Program-made: the position numbers and the translations under genes | Assembly (NCBI GenBank): GCA_000708835.1 | Contig: DF237438.1 | Coordinates: 4,836-68,835 of the forward strand | Direction: 5' to 3' | DNA length: 64,000 nt | Origin: Klebsormidium nitens | Lineage: Eukaryota > Plantae > Klebsormidiophyceae | Notes under the pieces: generated by a model | Database searches by the model: none | What the model saw: the letters and a program-made list of their open reading frames with translations, nothing else | What the model was told of the DNA's origin: nothing | Part shown: positions 53,192 to 64,000 of the stretch, one piece after another | Layout: each line of letters begins with the position of its first letter | Numbering within the stretch: the first letter of the stretch is position 1

Positions 53192-54280
53192 TTAGCTTGG
53201 TCGATTCCAGGGTAGCAAAGAGGTGTTTGTATCATGGACTTACATTGCGGCAAGCGCGTTGGATTGCTCGCTGAGTAACTTCCTGATTGTGGGTCTGATG
53301 AACGTAGTCAGCTGATACCACTTCCTCCAACGAAAGCTTTCAGGAGTCAACTGAAATGTACGTTAGATTGGCATGGGCGGGCTCCTTGTATTTGACATAC
53401 GGATGCGGCTCGTGCTGGTCAAAGATCTTTTGTACACTGTACACCAAACAGTTGTAGGAGAATGCAAGATTTAAATGGACATGGTTGCGAATTATTTTTG
53501 CTCATTGTCTACTGTAAAGTAGGCGTACGGCTGGATCACCATCCATGTTACGTTGGTTTTCATGAAGCCTTCTACAATTAGGCATTACACCATGTATGCA
53601 TATGGGTTACATGCTCAATGATAGGCTATGTTCAGACATATTGCTAAGAGGCCCGTCTGTTGGGCTGTGGTCCATTGCCGGCCCAATCTTCATATTGAAC
53701 CAAGGCAAAAGCTCTAGAGGCGGCCGGCTGCAGTCGATTCGAGGAACACTGGCCGAGGCTTTAACCGTGCTGTAAGTTGTAGAAATCGAAGTTAGCTCGA
53801 TCTCATGATGGCCGGCGCCACTCATTTTTTCCGCCATGTTCACTTTTTCATCTTTTAATCTGAACGGCCACTCATGCATGTTGCGCGACCTCAGTGCGCA
53901 ATCAACTAACATGACATGCATAGTGTGTATACTAGTACGTGGCGGCAGCATGCGCGCAAGGAGACCCAGAAAAGCCTATACCTAAATCCAACATGTACCG
54001 TACATGCTTCCTCCATGTACGTAAATTCCTCCTGAGACCATTTCACAATTCTTCAATCGAGCTAGATAGAGCTCTACGAACCTTCAAGTTGGTCTCAGTC
54101 TGCCTGTGTTGGAGCTGGTGTAGCTGGAGCCTTGCAAATAGGGACTTTTTGTCGACCTGCACATGCAACGCCTGTTTCAGGTGGGGCATATTCTTAGATT
54201 CCACCAGTGAACTTGATCAAGTGCCCCGTGCACAGCGCAATCATTTGAAAGGCAGGAAGTGAGGGGCGGCGACATCGCGT

Positions 54281-56801
54281 ATGATGGACCATAAGCGAGA
54301 CTCTCGCTCACAGCGCTTCAAAAATTTGCAGTATAAGTCTCGGGGGCGGGGCCAACATCATGGGCAAGGCCACGAGGTGGCCACAGATGGAGCGGAAGGG
54401 AGAACAGTGGGCAAAGACATTGAAACAGACGAGGACCGTACGAAAAGATCGGGCGCAAACGATAGGCTTGGTTCAAATTGGGACAGGTACATGGAGCCTG
54501 GGGAAGCAGATGGCGCAGGCACCTTGGATGATGGTGGGGTGATGGAAGAAGTAGCAAAAAAGCAGTCAGAGGGGTTGGACTACAATCTGCTGCTTGAAGA
54601 AGCTGGTGAGTGGTCACAGCTTGCTTGTGGGGTATGAATGCGCACTGGCCCGAAACGATCTAGAATGCTCAAAATATTTAGTGGTGGACTAACTTGTTCC
54701 ACTGCCAATCGATGATGTAGCGAACTGGATAGTCTTGGAAGAAAAACAAAGCCTTCTGAGTTTCTGAGTAACCAAGGTTCACTCTAGCTGCAGCCTTCTT
54801 GGTGGTACTTGAGGCCGCTGGTGGCATGACAGTTGGGCCTCAATGCTTTCGTTTACTCTCAACAAAAATTGTCGTGCTAAAGAAGAATGCTCTTCACAGA
54901 GAATTCAAATAATTACAACATCTGCCTATCACACAGCGTAAGCAAGGAATGTGACTGTGCTACAAAGTCTGCCCGCTACTCAAGTGACCGCATCTTGTTG
55001 TTTCAGATGCCCTTCTCAGTGGTGGCAGCGTCTCACTGTTGGCTCACTTCGACCTGGACATTGAGGATCACTTTCAGACGCATGACATGGAAGAAAAGGT
55101 ACGTGTTGTGGCTCGCTCGCATATCCGGTTTCCTGACATAAGTCATCTCCTCGTGCTAACGCTCAGACAAGCCCAGCTTCGGGCTAACTGTCACTTTCAA
55201 GACCATTTTTCAGGCACTGGCCAGCTTTGGATCTGAAGCGGTTGGTTTTTTAATCACTTGCAGGTTCTTTTCAGCGCCAACTTTGCTGTTGTGAACCAGA
55301 ATAAGCTGACAGTAGATCGCTTTTCCTTTCCAGCCTTTGCCACTCAACATCAATCTGTCCATTTTGAATGAGGCCTTGTCGTACTTGTCGATGGCTGAGC
55401 GCCTTGGGCTGGAAGACGAACTTCTCAGCTCACAAGAGGTGAGCCGCTGTGCTTTCATCCCCTTATTTCAATCAGCAAGCAATCATCTGCATTAACGATC
55501 AGCTGGCTGCACTTGTCAGCTTACATAAGATTTGAACGCAGCTACAAACACTGTACAGTCTGCCGTCTCTTCGTTGCCAAAGCAAAGTCATCAAGCAATA
55601 CTCTCCTTTGAAAAGGGAGACGTAGTTGGACGCTAATGTCAATTGGACGCAACGGGTATCAAAAGCTTCGTTCGAATTGTAATGGTTGAGGCGGATTTTG
55701 TAACCTGACAAGAACGAGGTTGTGCAGGAAGAAGAGGGTGCCACAATTGAGGCCTTGGAAACCGACAGAGCGGTCGAACTCCGAGATGCAGGGGCGTATT
55801 CCAAAGAGCAGCCGCCCTTTAGGGAGCCGGTTACTGCAACTTCGAGAACCAGCGGGGTTGAGGGAGTAACTGTAGACCCTACGGGCTCTGTTGCGGCAGC
55901 CCTGTCTGTCCCGAAAACGAGTCTCCAGGGAAAGGGCCAAATACCCGCAGCAGGAACCTCTCGCTTATCAGACGGGAAAGACAAAGCGCCAGAATCCGCA
56001 TGTAGCAGGACTTCAAAGGGGGAGGAGGCGCGCGGCGCACGGCAAGCCGAGCTGTCTCCCTCAGGTCAAAAGGAAGAGGACGACGCAGATCTTCTGAATG
56101 TGCTTCTCGGCCGAGGCGGTCAGGCCGTAAAGGTAACGGAGGGGAACGGATCAATACAGGGCAGTGGGAGTGCAAGGCCAGCTGCTAAAGAGGAGGCTCT
56201 GCCAGAACGGCGAAACGGGGGCGCAGTTGGACAAAGTCGGGGGAAGTTGGGGACCCGTCCCTTAGTTTCAGGAGACAGTCTGCTTCGACCATCAGGCGTT
56301 GGAAGGGGCGAGTCCGCTCAAGCCGAACCGCATCAAGGGACGGAGACGAATTCTCTGAGGGCTGAAGCGGGCAGGATCGGTCTGTTGAAAGGACAAACTT
56401 CCAGTCCTGCTGCTAGGGAAGCAGACGAAGAAGCAGCTTCACACAGTCAGCGGGGAGAAAGGGCGTCTCCTGCAGATGATGACATAGACGCTCTTCTAGC
56501 TGCTTTGACCCCGTCAGCGTCCAAGTCCCAAGCGCACGTGCTACCGGACAGGGCTGCTTCCAATGGAGGCGCAACAAGCGTGACAAGAACGGGTGTGGCT
56601 AGTGCGGGCTCGATGAGTGCGGCTACACCTTCAGAACGACTGCTTGAGAGTACTGCGATAGGGAGTGCGTCCCAACTTACCCGAAGTGTGAAGGCAGAAT
56701 CGAGACCTGAGCAACGAAGTACGGCACCAGTCTCGGCTAGATCAAAACCTACTGCCCCAGCAGATGAGGATTTTGATGCCTGGCTGGATTCAATCTCCTG
56801 A
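54281..56801 (+). CDS. Aven-like / plant CER16-like low-complexity protein
   Basis: Exon 1 contains LGSNWDRY and SEGLDYNLLLEEA; exon at about 55334-55438 reads INLSILNEALSYLSMAERLGLEDELL; a long disordered last exon ends DEDFDAWLDSIS*. This motif set is what I recall from Aven-family proteins; not confirmed by a search. Confidence 0.65.
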
Positions 56802-57927
56802 ACATAAGACCAAGCAATGGAGATGTTCCGAAGTTCTGCCCGGTGGGACCACTCGCCATGACGACCGTGACTTGTCCGTGTATGAGATCCAATCGATCCG
56901 TCTGAATCGCGAGGCAGGGTATGTGCCGAGCAAGACGTCTCATATTGCCGGTTCGATACTATGGACCGCGTGTTGGAGAAACTCAAATTGAACGAGAGCT
57001 CACAAATGATTACTGGCCTCAGTGCAGCCAGAGCGGGCATGCTAAGGAGCACTCAGTGCCACAAGTGCATCAATCATTACTGCTATATATCCATCGTGCC
57101 ATAACGTGGCGGCATGTGACCCGCTAGCCTCAATCGAAGTTGACCTTGCCTCGGCATTTGTCGAATAATTGTCGAATGGTCGGCCTGGCATCGTTTCTCA
57201 ATTTCTTTGCGTGCAGAAAGCTAAAGAGTGGCAAGGACTGCGCATGGAACATGCCTCGACACGTTACAACTCTATTGACCGTCACATGTGGTTCATTATA
57301 AATGCCTACGTACATATATAATAATTCAGCTATCCCTCTCATGTCTAATAGGTCTTGCAGTATTATTTCCATCCATCATTGCTTTCGGACTCATACTAAT
57401 ACATGCATGTACGTCACAACATGATCAGTGCGTATATGTACATCCAGCGTATAACGCCTGTCGTCCTGGCTCTTTGATTGCGACTTCCTTAAGCCCGGCC
57501 AGGCGCAGCATGCATGAGCCTGTGAGTCCGCAACCGACATCAGTCATGCTGATCATGCAAAGTTGTGAACAGCAAATGGCGTCGTCGGAAGCGATCGGGG
57601 CTAGCTGTGTGCAGCTTATAAGTGCCGCATCATTGAGTACATTCTTTGCCCGCCATGCGTACTGTATGGCAGCTCGCTGGCTTGATGTGCATGATACCTT
57701 CAATATGCATACCTGACGATTGACAGGTTTGGGACCATTGACCCCCGCTGTTCTTTTGAAGACAAACGGTCTCTGGCTCACTTAAACCAGCAGACCGGCT
57801 GCCTTCCGGCCTAGAGTTTCAGCCCATCAACACGAATCCAGGTGTGACAAAGTCGGCCCCATTTTGCAGCCAACACTACCGAGCTACCTTAAGCGTGCAA
57901 CACACCTCGCACGGTGCTTTGTCCCCT

Positions 57928-60900
57928 CTAGTCGAACCACCTTTTCTTGGCCGCTTCCGCCACCTTCAACCGCTCCGCCAGCTCGGCCACGTCAACCTCC
58001 CCCAGCTTCCGATCCCCGTTCGGCCCCCGCGCGGTGATGGCCACCGAACCGTGCTCTTCTTCCTGCTTGCCCACCACCAGCTGGAGCGGAATTTTGTCCG
58101 CATTCGCGTTGCGCACCAGCTTGGGCAACCGCTCCCCTGACACCACCTCCACCCGGATGTCGTGCGCTTTGAGCTGCCGCGCGACGCGGTGCGCGTACTC
58201 GACCTGCGAGTCTGTGATGGGCAGCACGCGCGCCTGCACCGGGGCCAGCCACAGCGGGAAGTCGCCTGCACGGGAGACGCAGGGTATTGACCCGAGAACG
58301 AGCGACAAGAGCGAAGAGTCGTCAGCGTCCATGGCAAGTAGCACCCCTTAGGATGGACGGCTGAATCTCGCTACTCTGCGAAGCTTGCCCAAGTCAACCC
58401 TTTTGTGCAGACTACTCGCGACATGGATTCGAGACGTTGAGTTTTGCAGCCGAAAGAGACACTCTTCATGCTGTCGCTTATGTCGACGTGCACATCGAAT
58501 CACTGGTGAGTTTCAAAACCTAGAGAGACCGCAGCGAACCCCTCCATTTGAGACGTAGTCTGACAACGAGGCATCACCAAGTTGAGATAGACAGACTTCC
58601 GGCTGACCTGCGTAGTTTTCGATGAGGACGCCGAAGAAGCGCTCGAGCGAGCCGAAGATGGCACGGTGGATCATGATGGGCCGCTTGCGCTCGCCGTCCG
58701 CGTCCTGGTACTCCATCTGGAACCGCTCCGGCAAGTTGAAGTCCACCTGTGCGCGGCGAAGGGAAAGACTCGGTCACGAGACGGCTCGTGACAACTTGCC
58801 GCAGCAGGAAAAAGGGACACAGGTCATGAGAGAGAATCCTCCAACAGCCTTGAGAAAGGACGAGACAAACTACGCCGGTCAAGGTCCCCAGCGGTCTTTC
58901 GGATGATCAAGCTCTGCACGTACGCAATCCCCATCCCCATCTCCATCGGCAAAAAGTTCGCCCGACTTTAGGGAAGTCCTCGATTGCCAGACTCCTTCGC
59001 CGACAGGAAATTTGGATGTTGCTCTCACGCTTCCAAAACAACAGATGGTTGCTACGGAAACAGCCACCCCCCTTTCTCAACGACCCCAGCAAAATCAACC
59101 ACAGCGGTGCCACGTGTCCTCACCTGGATAGTGGAGCACTGCCACCGCCGCCCGATCGCGTCCTCGATCTTAATATCAATCTTCGGTCCGTAGAACGCGC
59201 CGCCGCCCTCGTCGATCCCGTACTCCCAGCCCTTGCGGTCGAGCGCCTCGCGCAGCGCGGTGGTGGCGCGCTCCCAGATTCCATCGCTGCCGACGGCCTT
59301 CTCGGGGCGCGTCGACAGGTTGACCTCGAACTTGGTGAAGTCGAATTGCCGCAGAATGGCCTCCGTCAGGTCCAGCACGCCCAAAATCTCGTCCGCAATC
59401 TGGGACGGCAGGCAAAAGATGTGCGCGTCGTCCTGCACGGAAAAGCACGGCCGCAGGTGAGATATATGCACAGCGGCTCTGAGGCTGTTTCGAACCACTT
59501 CGGCGTTGAAAACACGTTAACGGGACTCTTCCATCATACCCTGTCGGTCTGACATTAGCGAGTGGCTCCGTGACTGCCGAAGCAGGGTTGACAAGAACAA
59601 ATTGTGTACACCGAACGGATCACGGCTTGAAGAAACTGGCACTGGTGAACATCTTGTGCCCCGCACCCTTATCGACCGTGATTTCCTGCAACGAAGCTCT
59701 TGGAGAGGTCTGCAGAGGAGCGGCTTTCCTCTTCCAAGCCGTCAACGACAACACGAGACCATCTCCTAGACATCAGTTTAACGAAATGAGGCCACGTTCT
59801 GCCAAGCACATTCAGCGGCGCACCTGCGTGAAGCCGCGCACGCGGAAGAGGCCGTGCATAGTGCCCGACTTTTCGTAGCGGTAGACGGTGCCCAGCTCCG
59901 CCCAGCGGATGGGCAGCTCGCGGTAGCTGTGCAGGCTGTCCTTGTAGATCGCGATGTGGCACGGGCAGTTCATCGGCTTCAGCTGGTACTTCTCGTCCTC
60001 CACCGCCATCTGCGTGCACCGGAGGGGACAGGGTCTTAGCAGTCACACACAGGCAGCTTGACGTCCACTTGCTGTGTCTGATGTGCTGGGAGCTTCGGAG
60101 GAGGTAAGTCCCTCTGATCGTACAACTCAAACCGAAGAAACGTGCAATTTCGAACCCTAGTAGGATTGTTCTCGCACTTATGCTGACACATAAGGTTCCG
60201 CCCGCTCCGAGCAATGGCTTGGGCGTTTCAGATGCTTCCTGACGATCCTACGGCACCCTCTCTTCCCACCCACAACGGGAATATTGCCCACAAGTCTCGT
60301 CGATCTCAGCACTTTTAAACGTACTCGTATCAAGATCTTCAACCCGCACCTCCTCAACCTCGGGCCAAACATGAAATCATGCCAAGAGGTTCAGAACGCT
60401 CAGATCCGCCGTTGCTCTCTCACCTGGTCGAACATGTTTTCCTTGTAGAAGTCGAAGTGGCCGCTCGTCTTCCACAGCTCCAGCTTGGCCACGTGCGGCG
60501 TGCTGAGCAGCTCGTAGCCGTTGCGCAGGTGCTGCTGCTTCCAGTACTGCTCGATGATGCTGCGGATCATGGCGCCCTTGGGGTGCCAGAACACCAGCCC
60601 GCTGCCCGTCTCGTCCTGGATGCTGAACAGCTTCAGCTCCTGCCCCAGCTTGCGGTGGTCGCGCAGCCGCGCCTGCTCCGTGCGGTACACGTACTCCGCC
60701 AGCTGCGCCTCTGCGGAGGGGAAATAGCGTCGGAATGTTAGAGGAAAGAGCGGAACGGAGTAGCGGTCTGAAATCTCAGGCTGGCCGGAAGATACTTCGG
60801 GGGTAAACGTACTTAGCCAGCTGGGCCTCTGCGAGCGGATTGCAACAAAGTTGAGCGATGGACGAGCGGAAACTTGACACTTTTCCAAAGGTTACGCTGG

Positions 60901-63066
60901 CAGAAGGAAACTTCGAAAAGGGCGAAGCAGCACCTTGCACAGAACGCGGCATCCTGTTTTGTTCAGCGGTCGTAAGGAGAAAAGGGAGGGCTCCTAGGAA
61001 GCTTGCCACTTGAAATATTTATTCAAAGGGATCAGCGACGAGAACTCTCATAGGGGGTTTGTTTGACGATGACCCAATTTGAACGTTGTGAAGAGGCAAC
61101 GCGAAAGCTTTCATAACAACGACAAAACGCCAACTCCTTGTTGCAATTTCTTGCAGCAAAAGACATCGCCACTCATCCATGCTCGTCCTGATTAAGTTGC
61201 AAGAACACGAACTCTTCCCACATGTCAATTTCTGCCAAATGCTTTCAGAGAACCTCAGAACGCACACTCCCGTTATCTCACCGTTCTCCCAGGCGGTTCC
61301 GTAGATGCGCTGCAGCTGCTGCCGGTTTTCGTCCCCCCGCCAGTACGCCCCCGCCACCGTCTCCAGCTCAATCGCCTTCACCGGCAACTGCCCCGTGTGC
61401 TCCACGTGCGGCCCCGCACACAGGTCCCACCAATCCTCCCCTGCAGATACAATTGTCGTATCGTTTGACACGTGTCAAAGGGTCCATGCCTATCGGGTTG
61501 GCCAAAAACGCAATCCCATCATATGTTTCCACTGTTTCACTCCTGTCAGGAGCCCGATGTTCAGCGGGGGCTAAAACGCCACTCCTCTTCCTCAACGGAT
61601 CTGCCACCAGCATTGAAACCGGTATGTGGGAGTGCCAAGTTGGAAGAGTCTGATTGTCCCCCCAGATTCAGGACAGGCACGGTTTAACTATGTACAACGA
61701 CTTTCTGCAACCACCTCAGATATTGCAGACATCCTGATGAGCTGATTGGCCTGAACTGATATGAGGCTGACCCTCCTTAACAATGTCCAGCAATGTCTCA
61801 CCTATTTTGTAGATTGTGATTGGTTCCGTTTTGATCCCGTCTAGGATCTCCAGCTTGTACGGCTCTTGGATCTCCTCAATCCGTCTCCGTGCCTCCTCAC
61901 GCGTCACCTCCTCCCGCGTCAGCGGCAGCTTCTTGCTGATGATGCGCGCCTGCACACAGGAATGCTCATGGAAACTGGGAGAATCCCTGTATCTCTGAGC
62001 TGCTTGAGAGGATTTTGCAAGCTGGTCGCCCAAAGGGGTGCCCTGTCAAGCCCCAGGGGTTGGGCCTCCTCCGACAAGGGAACCACAACCCGATTATGAA
62101 CTCAATACGTCTCAAGGGGAGATGAAAAAGGCAACTTTTGGGCAATGACTCTGGGCAGAACACCGTAATAGCTGATTTTGAAACTCGTTGGAGGAATCTC
62201 AGCGAGTAAGTATGATTCAAGAGTTGAGCCTGAAAAATGGGGCCATGGTCCAGTGGGGGCCTCACCATTTCCTTTTTGATTTTCTTGAGGTCCTTGTCCG
62301 TGATGGGCTCCTTGGTGTCAAAGTCGTAGTAGAAGCCCTTTTCAATCCAGGGACCAATCGTGACCTGTGTCCCGGGGAACAGCTTCTGCACCGCCATCGC
62401 CATCACATGCGCGCTCTGTTACGCACAAAACAAGCGAGATTAATGACACCTCTTACAGTTCAGACCCAAGCCTTGGGCTCCTTCTCCTACACTCTGTTTT
62501 GTGTGGATTACACATGACACTGATCAGCTGCTTAGCCATCAAGCTGCTACAAGAGTACAGCATTGCAAATTTTTGGTTCTCAAAAGTCCGCATCACATAC
62601 ATAACATTTGAGTGAAAACGTTGTGCATCAAAGTGGTTAAAGAGACTCTTTGCCCTGATCTGCGTACCGTGTGACGGATCTTCAAGAGGGTTTCTGAGGA
62701 GTCGTTGGTGGGCAGCTCCACTCGTTCCCTCTCAGGCGGTCCATCCGGCTTTTTAGGCACATGCTGTGGGGCCTCCGCAACACTCTCTTGCACGGTGGAG
62801 GCGACCGCCGCAACAGACAGGGGCCGCCGAGATAAGGAGGGCAAGAGGGGGGAGCTGCTTGCAGAGGACCAGAGGTTGGGGGGAATGAAAGTGGTCGAGA
62901 ATAGGCTGTGGTGACAGGAAGGTTGAGGGAGGGAGCTGGTGTGAAATGTGGGGGGAAGACTCGGGGCGGACACGCCTCGGGATATCCTGCAGAAGCGGAC
63001 AGGCAGTAAGCGCACTGCTGATGTATGCAATGGCGGCAGAAGGCATGGGCGGGGGTGCCGGTCCAT
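57928..63066 (-). CDS. thrS: Threonyl-tRNA synthetase, chloroplast/mitochondrial (cyanobacterial type)
   Basis: Ser/Pro/Arg-rich targeting peptide; KIRHT|[14 protein letters not shown]; [14 protein letters not shown]; DLCAGPHV; [11 protein letters not shown]; [10 protein letters not shown]; [11 protein letters not shown]; LKPMNCPCH; [24 protein letters not shown]; [10 protein letters not shown]; [16 protein letters not shown]; [13 protein letters not shown]; FPLWLAPVQ. Confidence 0.97.
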
Positions 63067-64000
63067 GATGATTAATACCAAGGGGCAAAAGTACAGTAAA
63101 CCCCTAATCTACCCTTCACGCTTTGACTATGTTGGTATTCAAATGAAGCAGTTCTTGTATCAATGCCCATCCAGCTATACCGATTCAGTTGTTAAAGCTC
63201 TTCAGCCAGAGATCTATCTGTCGGAATATGCATCTGGGAGGCACTGATGTTGCGGAACTCTTGCAAGACCTTTGTAGTGCCGGTGGGGGTCCCATAGTCA
63301 CAAACTAATGCTGGCTGAATGCTTCAGTGTGGACAGTGTAATTCCTACGCCCGTTCTATATCCCAAAAAGGACAAACGGTTCATTCAGAAAGCCTCTCTT
63401 TCATGTTACCTGAGTGGCAGGACATGCCGTGCGATGGCCTTCTCTAGCGCCCTTGCCGCAGGCCATACCCTTGCCGCCGCCATCCCTGAATAGTGACAAC
63501 CACTCGTGCTAGCCACACTTTGCATCCTGGCTTGGAACCACGCCCCTCCCGCAGCTAACAACAGGCCGACGCGCTCTTTCCGTCCAGTGTCAAAGTAAAA
63601 CCCTTTGCTTTTGGCCCCTGATTTTGCAGAACCTCAAAGGCGCAACCGCTGGGTTCAAACGTTGCGTTGCACTTTTGTGGAAGGCCTTGTGAGATGCCAA
63701 AGTGTTGACTGCCAAGCAATGCTGGCAACCTTGGTGTTGCGCTGGAGGAACAGCCCTTCTCTCTCAGTTCAAAAGTGCAAATAAAATTTTAAACAAACTT
63801 CAGGCTTCCGTTGATTGGACGGTCCGGTTGTGTTCTGCAAGCGCGCCGCGGCGGAGGAATGCAATCGGACGGAATCCATTAAACCCTGCCCAAACCCGGG
63901 CAATCGGCTTGTGGCCGCGGCGTGCGGCACGGGCGGCGGCGCGAGTCTCCAATTCCCCCCAACTTTCTCGGCCGTCCGATGGGCCGGGTTCATCCGGCCT

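Noticed and set aside
63250-64000. Possible start or end of another gene at the window edge
   Set aside because: Only short frames without motifs; nothing can be supported without the adjacent sequence.

Overview
Eukaryotic nuclear DNA with GC-rich exons, many GT-AG introns and about 1 kb intergenic spacers. The gene set and sequences look like a green alga or early streptophyte; a Klebsormidium-like genome is my inference, and an intronic (TTTTAGGG)3 tract is consistent with it. I can support 13 spliced protein-coding genes: an RRM protein, PAN2, RNR large subunit, an ABC1 kinase, a Crinkler/RHS-like NTPase+REase protein, an EamA/DMT transporter, a GIY-YIG protein, Maf, a sirtuin, pyridoxal kinase, a heptahelical PAQR protein, an Aven/CER16-like protein and organellar ThrRS. 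The most unusual part is an accessory island at about 26.3-32.4 kb. It holds the Crinkler/RHS-like gene, which has a transit-peptide-like N-terminus, a coiled-coil header and a diverged duplicate of its exon 2-3 module across a 20-N gap, plus a decayed RLE-type non-LTR retrotransposon fragment. Also notable are a modular foldback/MITE-like element between the divergent RRM and PAN2 genes, a prokaryote-like sirtuin, and recurrent CATG/TGCA-rich intergenic blocks. I saw no CRISPR array, rRNA or tRNA. Exon boundaries were read by eye; CDS coordinates give the gene span from first to last coding base.
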